Assembly (NCBI GenBank): GCA_964432275.1
Contig: CAYSMH010000002.1
Location: 9,418 to 73,417, forward strand
From: an uncultured Candidatus Saccharibacteria bacterium
Lineage (GTDB): Bacteria > Patescibacteriota > Minisyncoccia > Phycocordibacterales > UBA9973
Direction: 5' to 3'
DNA length: 64,000 nucleotides
A program made the position numbers and the translations under genes. The notes under the pieces are model-generated. The model did not search any database, had not been told where the DNA came from, and worked only from the letters and a program-made list of their open reading frames with translations. Shown one piece after another: positions 39,829-49,812 of this stretch (the stretch's first letter is position 1; each line of letters begins with the position of its first letter).

Positions 39829-41259
39829 TTAAATCATTTCTTTGAGTATTTGCAAGGTGAGCGCTGGGTTTGCTGCACCTTTGGTTGCTTTCATCACCTG
39901 CCCTACCAGACCTTGGAGCGCGGCTTCCTTTCCAGACTTATAGTCTGCAACTATTTTTTCGTTGTCTTTGATGACTTGTTCGATGATAGGTTTCAGGTCG
40001 TCCGCGTTGTTTTGCTGAAGAAGGCCTTTATCTTCTGCGATTTTTCTTGGTGATGTTTGTCTATCTGCAGGAAGTCTAGATTCTTCAGAAAGAATAACCA
40101 TGATATCTTTTGCACCACGAGAAGAGATCTCGTTTTTTGCAATCAAGTTAATGAGTTCTGCAAAATGCTTTTCATCTGGATAAAATAGCATCTGATCTTT
40201 TTTCATAAGAGATAAATAATCAGTAAGCATGTAGTTTGCAAGCAATTGAGCTGAAGACTTGTCTTCCAAAAGTGATGCTGCTTTTTTAAAATAATCCCCA
40301 CCAGCCTCATCCACCACAAACTGTTCAGCATCTTCAGATTTTATACTGTAATCTTTTGCAAATATTTCTCGCTTCTCCCATGGCAACTCTGGCAAATCTT
40401 TTTTCATTACATCGAGATCAAATGCGCTATGCAGCTGCATTTTTGGCAGATCTGGGTCTGGGAAGTAGCGATAGTCATTTGCATTTTCTTTGGAGCGCTG
40501 ACTAAAGGTGGTTTGTTTGTTCTCGTCCCATCCGCGCGTCTCTTGGACGATCTCATCTTGTCGTCCTGCTTCGTAGAGCGCCTGCATGCGTGCGAGCTCA
40601 TACTCGATCGCTTTTTCTACTGACTTAAATGAGTTGAGATTTTTTACTTCTACTTTCGTTCCAAACTTCTCAGGATCATCGCTCAGTGAGATATTGGGCT
40701 CGACACGCATCTCACCCTTTTCAAGGTTGGCTTCGGACACACCAAGCGTACGCAGCAGTAGCTGCAACTCTTTTGCAAAATCTGCAGCATCCTTTGCAGA
40801 GTGAATGACTGGCTCAGTGACAAGCTCCATCAGTGGCACCCCTGCGCGGTTGTAGTCGACAAGTGTGAAGTCTCCTCTATCATGTTTGGACAGTCCAGTG
40901 TCTTCTTCGAGGTGTACACGAGTAATTTTGAAACCATTGAGCGCTCCACCTGAAACGATCGGGTACTTGTATTGAGAGATCTGATAGCCTTTGGGAATAT
41001 CAGGATAAAAGTAGTTTTTGCGGTCAAACTCTGAGAAGTCTGCAATCGTAGAGCCGAGTGCAAGCCCAACCTGGATCACCTTTTTGATCGCGTCATTGTT
41101 TGCCACAGGTAGGGTACCCGGGTGTGCCATACATATAGGACAAATATTTACATTTGGTCGAGTCTCATCGGGGTCGTTTTTGCACCCGCAAAACATCTTG
41201 CTCTGGGTTGCAAGCTCAGCGTGTATTTCCAAGCCAATAACGGGATAGTACGTCTTCAT
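39829..41259 (-). CDS. gatB: Asp/Glu-tRNA amidotransferase subunit B
   Basis: IGLEIHAEL, FDRKNYFYPD, HLEED, NRAGVPLMELVTEP, YRYFPDPDL. Confidence 0.96.
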   Translation of the reverse strand: MKTYYPVIGLEIHAELATQSKMFCGCKNDPDETRPNVNICPICMAHPGTLPVANNDAIKKVIQVGLALGSTIADFSEFDRKNYFYPDIPKGYQISQYKYPIVSGGALNGFKITRVHLEEDTGLSKHDRGDFTLVDYNRAGVPLMELVTEPVIHSAKDAADFAKELQLLLRTLGVSEANLEKGEMRVEPNISLSDDPEKFGTKVEVKNLNSFKSVEKAIEYELARMQALYEAGRQDEIVQETRGWDENKQTTFSQRSKENANDYRYFPDPDLPKMQLHSAFDLDVMKKDLPELPWEKREIFAKDYSIKSEDAEQFVVDEAGGDYFKKAASLLEDKSSAQLLANYMLTDYLSLMKKDQMLFYPDEKHFAELINLIAKNEISSRGAKDIMVILSEESRLPADRQTSPRKIAEDKGLLQQNNADDLKPIIEQVIKDNEKIVADYKSGKEAALQGLVGQVMKATKGAANPALTLQILKEMI

Positions 41260-41356
41260 AAGGCCTCAGTATAGCATATGCTGTAAAGGACTTGACTTTT
41301 TATAGAATATAGGTAGTATAAAGAAAAATTAAATTTCATTCTTTAAAACTACATTT

Positions 41357-42769
41357 ATGGCAGCAACACTTTTCAAAATCACCGACGAAGCAAAACGGGA
41401 AATGCAAAAACCAAACCATGCACTTTCCTCTCTAAATGGTAAGAGCAAAGAAGCCGAGCAGTACATCGTACCTAAAAAGTTTTCTAATGCTATTGAAATT
41501 GAAACAGCATTGAGAGATTATTCTGGAAACGCAGTAGGTGCAATGGCATTCAACAACGAAAACAATTACCTGGGTGAGGCTCCACTGATCAAGAGTGAGC
41601 TCATGCCCCACATGACACCAAAAGCATCTTTTGATTTCTTGAAAGCAAAAGATGACGTTACGAAAAAAGAAATCATTGAAAAAGTGATTAGCTTTTTAAC
41701 TGCCCTGGATTCTGCTGAATCCGAATCTGAAAAAACAAAACAATCTAAAGAATTGGCGGAAAAAGCAGTTAAATCTGCTCAAGAAATTTTGAGCAAAGTA
41801 CGTAATGCTGATCCTGGTATTGAAAAAAAGGTTTTAGATGCAATCAAAAACCTCAATACTGAGATTAGTGCCGACCAACCCAGTTCCGCAAAACTGAAAA
41901 GCCTTACAGGTATCCTGGATACCATTGCTGGTGAACTCACTGACGACACGCAGATCACAGACGCTCGTGGAAAGGCTACAGAGTTCATCTTGTACACAGA
42001 AAAACAGCTGGAAGCAAGCGACCTCCCTCCTGGTACAAAAGAATTTTTTGTACCGAAGTTAGAAAACCTAAAAGAGCTGGCAAAAAGGAAAAACCCTTTT
42101 GCTATTGAAGCTGAGATTGAAAACCTAGGAAAAGAACTTCATCAAAAAACCTCAAAAGAGTTGTTGACGAAAGATATTTGCCTGGATTTCATCATCGCTT
42201 CAATGGTGCGTATGATTGTACAAAGTTTATTCAAAATCACCGATCAGACGACCTTTACCGGGGTAATGCAGGGACTTCTTAGTAAACACATTAAGCCACA
42301 ACACACTCAATACATAGCAGGGTTGGGTCGGGTGGCAAAAAGTAGCACCAAAAAAGAAGAAGTGTACGCGGACATTTGTTTGCACACATTTCGTCTTATT
42401 GTTGACGAATTACTAAAAGTACTCAACGGGAACAAGGATTTATCTATTACACTCGAGATACCGCATGAGGTACCGTTTAATGTGGTAGACAAAATCTTCA
42501 GCGATCTTCAGATTGTTATTCTTGAATTAAAACCTGACCAGATCGATTCGGATACCCACAGGTACACGGCATCTGTGAAATTACTCGATGAAACACGCAC
42601 TTTCATCGCTAAAGATTTCACAGACCATGCGAACCTGGCTAAGTCACAAATAGATATCCTAATCAATGGGCCAGCATTTGAAAAAGCATTAAAATCAATT
42701 CCTCAGTATGTCTCAAATATTTTCATGGAATCTATAGAGCCTGCCGAGAAAAAAGAAGCTGTATCATAA
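41357..42769 (+). CDS. Hypothetical helical protein with possible Hsp70-lid-like repeats
   Basis: 470-aa ORF, own promoter (41292-41319) and terminator (42789-42818). Confidence 0.8.
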   Translation: MAATLFKITDEAKREMQKPNHALSSLNGKSKEAEQYIVPKKFSNAIEIETALRDYSGNAVGAMAFNNENNYLGEAPLIKSELMPHMTPKASFDFLKAKDDVTKKEIIEKVISFLTALDSAESESEKTKQSKELAEKAVKSAQEILSKVRNADPGIEKKVLDAIKNLNTEISADQPSSAKLKSLTGILDTIAGELTDDTQITDARGKATEFILYTEKQLEASDLPPGTKEFFVPKLENLKELAKRKNPFAIEAEIENLGKELHQKTSKELLTKDICLDFIIASMVRMIVQSLFKITDQTTFTGVMQGLLSKHIKPQHTQYIAGLGRVAKSSTKKEEVYADICLHTFRLIVDELLKVLNGNKDLSITLEIPHEVPFNVVDKIFSDLQIVILELKPDQIDSDTHRYTASVKLLDETRTFIAKDFTDHANLAKSQIDILINGPAFEKALKSIPQYVSNIFMESIEPAEKKEAVS

Positions 42770-42904
42770 GTGTACAACCTACACTTCCAAAACCGTCTTT
42801 ATCTAAGGACGGTTTTTTATTCCCCTATTGACGAAAACCATAAAAAAAGTATAGTAAAAGAAAGTACAGCCCATTCTTTCACCTTTTAACCCCTCCTAGT
42901 TTTT

Positions 42905-43111
42905 ATGGCTAAAAAATCGTCACCAAAACCGATTAAAAAGTATGGCCCTTTGTGCCAGGAATTAGTCCTGAGCGCACTCGAGTCAAAGTTTAGAAGAATG
43001 TTTTCTGAAGAAACCGTTGTACAACAATCGAAACAATCGTTTACAAAAAGGAGAACTGATTTCAACTATGACATGAGTCGCCTGCCAAATGTGCGCCTTG
43101 GAATTCATTAA
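42905..43111 (+). CDS. Small basic hypothetical protein
   Basis: Own promoter TTGACG-16-TATAGT (42828-42855), hairpin 43141-43161. Confidence 0.55.
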   Translation: MAKKSSPKPIKKYGPLCQELVLSALESKFRRMFSEETVVQQSKQSFTKRRTDFNYDMSRLPNVRLGIH

Positions 43112-43162
43112 TTACAATGATTTTTAGCTCTTAAAATCTACCCCGGTGTTGCCGGGGTTTAT

Positions 43163-44134
43163 TTATTTTTGGAGAAACTTCACGAGTTCATCTTTGAAAC
43201 CTTTTACTACTCCTTCATCAAACAGTGTCACGGTATACACCTTTTTACCCAATGCTTCAAACTTCTGCTTCATCGCGGTGATCGTTGCCTCATCTACGAC
43301 GTCTGTTTTTGTAAGCAAAATAATTTCTTCTTTTTCATCGAGCCCATTGCCATACTTGGCAAGCTCTGCGCGAATAGTCTCATAACTTTTCATCATGTTC
43401 ATCCCGTTTTCAAATGAGATCAGGTGTAGGAGTACCTTGGTACGAGAAATGTGTCGGAGGAACTTGTGCCCCAAACCTTTGCCTTCACTTGCGCCCTCGA
43501 TGATACCAGGGATGTCTGCGATGATGTACCCGTACAAATCTCCGAGGTTGGGGTCAAGTGTCGTAAATGCATAGTCACCTACTTTGGCTTGTGCGTTGGT
43601 CAGCGCGTTCAGTAGTGAGCTCTTGCCTGCGTTGGGGAAACCTACGAGTCCGACATCTGCAATAAGCGATACTTCAATATGCAGCTGCGCTGCTTCACCT
43701 GGTTTGCCAAGTGTTGATTCAGTCGGTGTCTGGTTCGTAGAAGCCTTGAAGTGTTCATTGCCGTAGCCACCTGCTCCACCATGCAGTATTTCTATCTCTT
43801 CTTTTTCTTTTGTAAGGTCGTACTTGATACCAGTATCGATATTGGTTATTGTGGAACCGATTGGAAACTCGAGGTACAGATCTGCACCGTTGCCACCCTT
43901 GAGCGAGCGACTACCCCCTTCTTGACCATCCTCTGCGGCGTACTCTTTCTTGCCTTTGTACAGATCAAGCACACGCAAACTGCGCACTGCACGGATATAG
44001 ACGTTGCCACCTCGGCCGCCATCACCACCAGCAGGTCCACCCTTGGGGATGAACTTCTCCTGTCTCCAGCGTACGACACCGTCGCCTCCTTTACCTGCAG
44101 CTGCATGAATTGTGATTTCGTCGAGAAATGCCAT
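43163..44134 (-). CDS. obgE: GTPase ObgE
   Basis: Gly-rich Obg fold, GFPNAGKS, YAFTTL, DIPG, LGHKFLRH, TKTD. Confidence 0.96.
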   Translation of the reverse strand: MAFLDEITIHAAAGKGGDGVVRWRQEKFIPKGGPAGGDGGRGGNVYIRAVRSLRVLDLYKGKKEYAAEDGQEGGSRSLKGGNGADLYLEFPIGSTITNIDTGIKYDLTKEKEEIEILHGGAGGYGNEHFKASTNQTPTESTLGKPGEAAQLHIEVSLIADVGLVGFPNAGKSSLLNALTNAQAKVGDYAFTTLDPNLGDLYGYIIADIPGIIEGASEGKGLGHKFLRHISRTKVLLHLISFENGMNMMKSYETIRAELAKYGNGLDEKEEIILLTKTDVVDEATITAMKQKFEALGKKVYTVTLFDEGVVKGFKDELVKFLQK

Positions 44135-44138
44135 AGAC

Positions 44139-45023
44139 CTATGTTATAGCAGCTTTTTGTGCAAGCGCATAGGCACCATCTTTAGTGCGCGCAACAGCAA
44201 TGAACCCCCCGTCGTGACAAAAGACCGCATCAGTGACTCCTGATACTTGGGCAAACTCTTGATCTCGAAGACCTCGCCAACTTTCGGGAAATGCTTTGCG
44301 GGGAGCAAATTCAACTGGATTGATACGGGTTGTTTTTGCGCTCCATTTTCCATCGCTTCGTTCATAGATAACAAAAAGAGGTTCTGGGTGTCGAGCCATT
44401 GCTTCATACCATCCTGGATACTCTGTACCTATCTCAATAATCTGCTTGTTTGGAGCGCGATCATATGCATCTTCGAGAAGCTGTTCTGCATTTTTAAATG
44501 CAACTGCATGGTTTACAAGTCGTACAATCACAGTGCGTGCAAATGCAACTGCTTCTAGAAATGCATTGAACAACGATTTCTTTTCTTGCCACGTGGGACG
44601 AAATGCAATAATCGTATCGATAATCGAATACGTGTAGACACCGTTGTCAGCGACTTTATCTACCACTCCAGTATCTGCACCATCGATACCTTGTACGAGT
44701 TGCTCATCGATGAATGCCGCGTTTTCCACGCTCCCCGCAACCATGTGTCCATATTCTTTCCATACAAGCCCAAACGACGCGTACGGTATGCCATTTTCTC
44801 GTGCACCTGCACCACCCTTTTGGTGATGATCAAACCTGCCAGCAGCAGGATCATATACACCGCCAACATCAAAGACGATGTTACCTCGAGCGATATCTCG
44901 CTCATCACGCGAACGAACAATTTCTATATCATGATCAGCAAATATCAACGAAAGAGTTGCGTACGCAAAAACATCGTCGGTGTGAAATGTACCGTCATGA
45001 GTTACTACTGTCAGCTTCTTCAT
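44139..45023 (-). CDS. MYG1-family protein
   Basis: THDGTFHTDDV, DVGGVYD, FDHHQ, VFCHDGGF. Confidence 0.92.
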   Translation of the reverse strand: MKKLTVVTHDGTFHTDDVFAYATLSLIFADHDIEIVRSRDERDIARGNIVFDVGGVYDPAAGRFDHHQKGGAGARENGIPYASFGLVWKEYGHMVAGSVENAAFIDEQLVQGIDGADTGVVDKVADNGVYTYSIIDTIIAFRPTWQEKKSLFNAFLEAVAFARTVIVRLVNHAVAFKNAEQLLEDAYDRAPNKQIIEIGTEYPGWYEAMARHPEPLFVIYERSDGKWSAKTTRINPVEFAPRKAFPESWRGLRDQEFAQVSGVTDAVFCHDGGFIAVARTKDGAYALAQKAAIT

Positions 45024-45032
45024 ATAGGTGTA

Positions 45033-45368
45033 CTAATCGTTGACGAAATGACTAACGATCCAGTTGATCACCGAGATCACAAGTGCGCCGACTACCGCTG
45101 CGGTGAACGATACAACCGTGAAGCCTGAAATGATCTGTGCGACGAACCAGAAAAATACCCCATTGAGTACGATAGAGAAAAGTCCAAGCGTGAGAATATT
45201 GATCGGGAGCGTGAGTATAGTCACGATCGGCTTGATCACCATGTTGATAAAGACGAGACACGCTGAAACGATGAGTGCAGTAACGATCGATTGTACTGCG
45301 ACCCCATCGACAAAATATGGTAATGCAAATATAGCGAGCGTTGTTATAAACCAGCGAAGTAATATCAT
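45033..45368 (-). CDS. Phage-holin-family (YvlD-like) membrane protein
   Basis: IKPIVTILTLPINILTLGLF motif. Confidence 0.88.
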   Translation of the reverse strand: MILLRWFITTLAIFALPYFVDGVAVQSIVTALIVSACLVFINMVIKPIVTILTLPINILTLGLFSIVLNGVFFWFVAQIISGFTVVSFTAAVVGALVISVINWIVSHFVND

Positions 45369-45381
45369 AGGGATAAGTATA

Positions 45382-45834
45382 TTATAGAAATAGATCTTCG
45401 ACTACTTTTTTCACCAGTACACCATCTGCATTACCCGCGCACTCTTTCATCACTGCACCCACAAGTATGCCGAGCTTGCTCGTATCGGTTACACCGAGCT
45501 CTGCTTTTTTCTTTTCGGCGATTGCCTTGATATCGGCCTCACTCATCTGTGCTGGCATGAACACTTCAAGAAGTGCGAGCTGCGCTCTGTCTGCATCTGC
45601 CAGATCAGTACGTCCTGCTGCGTCAAACTGAGCGATCGCATCTTTGCGTTGTTTGATTGTTTTCTTGATCACGGAGAGCGCGATGTCGTCAGAGACTTCG
45701 TCTTGTGGAGTTTTGCCCGCAGCAACTAGCTCGTTGGTAAATGCAGTGATCAGTCCGCGATAGGTATCAAGTGCGGTCTGGTCCTTATTTCTCATAGCGT
45801 CTTTGAGTTTTTCTCGGATGTCGGTGGAGATCAT
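45382..45834 (-). CDS. GatB/YqeY-domain protein
   Basis: LKDAMRNKD, KQRKDAIAQF..AGRTDLA, MPAQMSE, ADG. Confidence 0.9.
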   Translation of the reverse strand: MISTDIREKLKDAMRNKDQTALDTYRGLITAFTNELVAAGKTPQDEVSDDIALSVIKKTIKQRKDAIAQFDAAGRTDLADADRAQLALLEVFMPAQMSEADIKAIAEKKKAELGVTDTSKLGILVGAVMKECAGNADGVLVKKVVEDLFL

Positions 45835-45910
45835 GTATCTATCATACCATATACATAATTGTTGTTGACAAAATACATTTTTAATGTAAATTACATAAAA
45901 ATATAAAACT

Positions 45911-46522
45911 ATGGTAAACAAGAAAAATTGGCTTGAAGGTTTTGTTTCCGATTACAAAGGAACTATTATTGAAGTACTTTCTAAAAACAATAACGGAAAA
46001 ATCAGAGAAGTTGCTCGCAGAGCTCCGGGTGTACGGGCAATAGTTGTCACGAAAGACAACAAATTCATTATTACCCGTGAGTACCGCGAATATCTTGAAA
46101 AAGAAATTGACTATCGACTTCCAGGAGGAAAAGTTGTTGATACACTATCCGAATATCACGGACTACTCGCACGAAATCATCTCGCAAGCCATATTCGATA
46201 TGCAGTCAATAAGGAGCTTGAAGAAGAAACTGGCATACGTGCAAAATCAGTAGAAAAATTTACTGTTTCAAATTCAGGTGGAACAATTGATTGGGATCTT
46301 CACTACTTTGAAATGAAAGATCTTTCATTTGGTGAATCTCGCCCAGAAGACGATGAGAAAATAGAAGTGCTCCAGCTCACCGTAAAAGAAACAGTCGACA
46401 TTATAGTGCTAAAACAAATGTCTGAAGACCGTAGTAGGATAATACTGATGGATTATTTATTACAACATTATCCAATGGAAGTGACTGAACGTATCCAGGA
46501 ACTAAACACAAATGATGCTTAA
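45911..46522 (+). CDS. NUDIX hydrolase
   Basis: RLPGGKV...AVNKELEEETG; own TTGACA promoter (45865) and hairpin 46533-46562. Confidence 0.85.
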   Translation: MVNKKNWLEGFVSDYKGTIIEVLSKNNNGKIREVARRAPGVRAIVVTKDNKFIITREYREYLEKEIDYRLPGGKVVDTLSEYHGLLARNHLASHIRYAVNKELEEETGIRAKSVEKFTVSNSGGTIDWDLHYFEMKDLSFGESRPEDDEKIEVLQLTVKETVDIIVLKQMSEDRSRIILMDYLLQHYPMEVTERIQELNTNDA

Positions 46523-46578
46523 TTTTTTACCGAACCTGCAGATTATATCTGCAGGTTCTTTTTTGTTATACTACCCCT

Positions 46579-47295
46579 ATGAAAATCTACTTTTTCGACA
46601 CCGAAACTACAGGCAACACCCACGACGATCGACTGTGTCAGCTCGCGGTCAAGGAGCACGGTGTGACGGAGCCATTGATCAATGAGCTGTTCAAGCCACC
46701 ACTCTCTATCCCCTACGAAGCAAGTGCAGTCCATCACATCACCAACAAAATGGTTGCTGACAAACCGAGCTTCCGGGAGTCTCCACGCTACAACGAAATC
46801 AAAACACTCTTTGAATCCCCTGACACCATAGTCGTCGCACACAACGCATCGTTTGATGTGGGTATGCTGATTGCCGAAGACATACACCCAACCAACGTCA
46901 TCTGTACGTACAAAACCGTACACTTTCTCGACGGACACGGGCAGTTCAAGCAACACAAGCTCCAGTACTTGCGCTACGCACTCGACATGGAGCTCGACGT
47001 CCCTGCACACGATGCATTTGCCGACGTACTCGTGCTTGAGCAACTCTTTGACTACCTCCTCGCTCGTCTCATAAAAGACGGCAAGACTGAACAAGAAGCG
47101 CTCGATGAAATGCTGCGTATCAGCAGCGAGCCGATGTTTATGCGAGAGCTCACCTTTGGCAAGCACAAAGGTATGCGCGTCGAAGACGTGGCACATGTCG
47201 ATCCAGGGTATCTCTCATGGCTGTTGTCAGAGAAGCTCAAGAATCCAAGCGGCGAAGAAGACTGGATCTATACATTGAAAAAGTTTGTGAAGTAG
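46579..47295 (+). CDS. DnaQ-like 3'-5' exonuclease (exodeoxyribonuclease X-like)
   Basis: FDTETTG, AHNASFD, AHDAFADV, FGKHKG..DPGYLSWL. Confidence 0.9.
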   Translation: MKIYFFDTETTGNTHDDRLCQLAVKEHGVTEPLINELFKPPLSIPYEASAVHHITNKMVADKPSFRESPRYNEIKTLFESPDTIVVAHNASFDVGMLIAEDIHPTNVICTYKTVHFLDGHGQFKQHKLQYLRYALDMELDVPAHDAFADVLVLEQLFDYLLARLIKDGKTEQEALDEMLRISSEPMFMRELTFGKHKGMRVEDVAHVDPGYLSWLLSEKLKNPSGEEDWIYTLKKFVK

Positions 47296-47344
47296 TTTGA
47301 CAAAACTCTAAAAATATGTAAAGTAGAATAAAACTATTTTACAT

Positions 47345-47818
47345 ATGAACAATGATACGATCATCGGATACTCCGGTATAACTTTTACAAAAAGTAAACT
47401 AACTTTCGAACAAGCATTGGATAAGTACGTAAATAAACGCCTCGAATTTGATGAATTTCTAATTTATCCAGAGCGTACTACGGTGGAACCACATCCCCCG
47501 TCTTGCACATATCATCTTTTAGATTTTAAAGCAGATAAGGGTATGCGTGGGGTGCATTTGGTGGTGGAAACATTTCCATTTATTCAAGAACAATCTGCAA
47601 AAGCCGTACACGTCGGCATGAGTAATCATTTTGAGATTAGCTTTGGCGACGGTTTTTGCACTCATACACCTCAAGAAATTGCGCAAGCGATACGATCTGT
47701 CGAAAAAAAGGTTATTACTCAAAATGAATTTGAAGCCCCCCTTTTCTCTGGTAGAAATGGGTACGAGTTTTTTTATTGGGGATTAATGTTCCAACTTGAT
47801 CGTGTATTAAGAAAATAA
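47345..47818 (+). CDS. Hypothetical protein (ORFan)
   Basis: Own promoter TTGACA-16-TAAAGT (47297-47324) and terminator 47836-47862. Confidence 0.7.
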   Translation: MNNDTIIGYSGITFTKSKLTFEQALDKYVNKRLEFDEFLIYPERTTVEPHPPSCTYHLLDFKADKGMRGVHLVVETFPFIQEQSAKAVHVGMSNHFEISFGDGFCTHTPQEIAQAIRSVEKKVITQNEFEAPLFSGRNGYEFFYWGLMFQLDRVLRK

Positions 47819-47883
47819 CACACAGTAGCTGCACCTGCCGGACTTCATCAGTCCGGCTTTTTTGCGCATGGTACAATCCTCGT

Positions 47884-48933
47884 ATGCAAATCATATTGAT
47901 CATTATTGGTATCGCTATCGGAGGCCTCGTCGTATACCTCCTCACGCGCAAACCTGCGGCACCTGCTGCCGACACCACCGGTTTCTCGCTACTCATGCAA
48001 CAAGTCGCCGATCTCCAGAAGGTCGTTGATCACAAGCTCTCACAAAGTGAGCAGTCTATGCGCGAGAGTATGCGCGATCAAAGTACACAGAGCGCGCGTA
48101 TCATTTCTGATATCACGGAACGTCTGACACGACTCGATGAGGGCAACAAACAAGTACTCGGATTTGCCGAAGGACTCCAGCAACTCCAAGACATTTTGAA
48201 AAATCCGAAACAGCGCGGTGTACTCGGTGAGTACTATCTCGAGACATTGCTCAAGAACATCTTGCCGCCGTCTGGCTACATGATGCAGTACAGCTTCCCC
48301 GACGGCACAATCGTCGACGCAGCAGTGTTTGTTAAAGACAAAGTGATCCCTGTTGATTCCAAGTTCTCGCTCGAGAACTACAACCGCATGACCGAGGAAA
48401 AAGAACCTGCTCGCAAACGAGACCTCGCAAAAATATTTGAAAACGACCTCAAGAACCGCATCGCCGAGACATCCAAATACATTCAGCCCGAGAACAACAC
48501 CATGGACTTCGCATTTATGTTCATCCCGCACGAAGCGATCTACTACGATCTACTCGTCGGTACTGTCGGCGCAGGCGAAGAAGCCGAGAACCTCATCCAG
48601 CGTGCAGCATCCAAATACCGCGTGATCATTGTCTCCCCCACCTCGTTCCTTGCGTATCTCCAGACCGTCCTCCAGGGACTCAAGGCGCTCCAGATCGAAG
48701 AGAGCGCCAAAGAGATCCGCAAGCGAGTCGATGAGCTCGGTCGCCACTTGGCAAGCTATGAGGAGTACCACAACAAGCTCGGTACAACACTCAAGACAGT
48801 AGTAAACCACTACAACAGCGCTTCCAAAGAACTCAAAAAGGTGGACAAAGATGTCATGCGCATCGCCGGTACCGAAGCGGCACTGGAGCCATTGATCCTC
48901 GGAGAAAGTGAGATCGAGCGAACCATAGAATAA
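47884..48933 (+). CDS. rmuC: DNA recombination protein RmuC
   Basis: TM + coiled coil, NPKQRGVLGE, PVDSKF, DFAFMFIP.EAIY, IVSPTS. Confidence 0.92.
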   Translation: MQIILIIIGIAIGGLVVYLLTRKPAAPAADTTGFSLLMQQVADLQKVVDHKLSQSEQSMRESMRDQSTQSARIISDITERLTRLDEGNKQVLGFAEGLQQLQDILKNPKQRGVLGEYYLETLLKNILPPSGYMMQYSFPDGTIVDAAVFVKDKVIPVDSKFSLENYNRMTEEKEPARKRDLAKIFENDLKNRIAETSKYIQPENNTMDFAFMFIPHEAIYYDLLVGTVGAGEEAENLIQRAASKYRVIIVSPTSFLAYLQTVLQGLKALQIEESAKEIRKRVDELGRHLASYEEYHNKLGTTLKTVVNHYNSASKELKKVDKDVMRIAGTEAALEPLILGESEIERTIE

Positions 48934-49039
48934 TAAAAAATAAAAGAGCTTTTGGAGTCGCGTAATTTTCTAGTGAAAATTCGCTGATACTCGGACCAGT
49001 CGTCCTGCGTAACACTCCAAAAGCTCTTTTATTTTTTAT
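48933..49039. repeat. Inverted-repeat element with internal hairpins (MITE/REP-like; may act as terminator)
   Basis: Perfect 26-bp terminal inverted repeat enclosing two small hairpins. Confidence 0.7.
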
Positions 49040-49804
49040 CTATTTAGCGAACAATTCCGGATTGGCAATACCTTTAAATGCTGAGGTCGGCACGAGTATA
49101 CTCTGTGTACCTGCTGAGTACGGTGCAACCTGATATGCATCAAATATAAACGTTACGCCGTTGTCGATGATAACGAAGTTCTGGTAGTTGTCAGTGACCG
49201 GACGAGTACCTTCGGCGATCCACGATGCATCACTGATATTTTTCTTGACGAGTTCTCGTTCTACAAATGTCGCAATAGTCTCGAGCCCTTTGGCACCGTT
49301 GGTAAAGAGCTTCTCAAGTGTGATGACTTCCCCTTTTTCATTAAATGCGTACGTACGAGTCGCCTGCAGTCCGTGTGCACCACCAGTGTATGATGCAATC
49401 GTAAACACATAGGTGTTGGCTCGAGTCGCAATTGTTTCTTGATACGTAATATCGAGCGAAAGTACACCTCGTGAACTACTATCTATTGATGGATCCATGA
49501 CCCACGACGTATCCTCTATAAACTGAGCGATCTGGTCTTCTACAAACGCCTTCAAAATATCGCTTGTACGCGCATCACGTGTGACGGGATACTCCGCCGT
49601 TATTGCATAGTACTGGTTATCTTGACGAAGTATTTCTTTGCGTACTTGTAGTGACGGCCAGCTCGCAACCTGATCACTCGGTGATGGGACTGCAGCTGGA
49701 TCAGGGGTACGATGCTTGCCAACCATGACCAGCCACACGACAAGCCCTACGACAACAATCGTAATCAATATACTTATAACAGATGGTTTATGTGTAGTAT
49801 TCAT
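49040..49804 (-). CDS. DUF3298/RsiV-like membrane-anchored protein
   Basis: YTGGAHG, F.F..YQVAPYSAG. Confidence 0.85.
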   Translation of the reverse strand: MNTTHKPSVISILITIVVVGLVVWLVMVGKHRTPDPAAVPSPSDQVASWPSLQVRKEILRQDNQYYAITAEYPVTRDARTSDILKAFVEDQIAQFIEDTSWVMDPSIDSSSRGVLSLDITYQETIATRANTYVFTIASYTGGAHGLQATRTYAFNEKGEVITLEKLFTNGAKGLETIATFVERELVKKNISDASWIAEGTRPVTDNYQNFVIIDNGVTFIFDAYQVAPYSAGTQSILVPTSAFKGIANPELFAK

Positions 49805-49812
49805 ACAGATAT

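Noticed and set aside
45033-45368. Prophage suggested by the holin-family gene (and the Com-like gene at 20490)
   Set aside because: No structural, terminase, lysin or integrase genes nearby; both families occur as ordinary chromosomal genes
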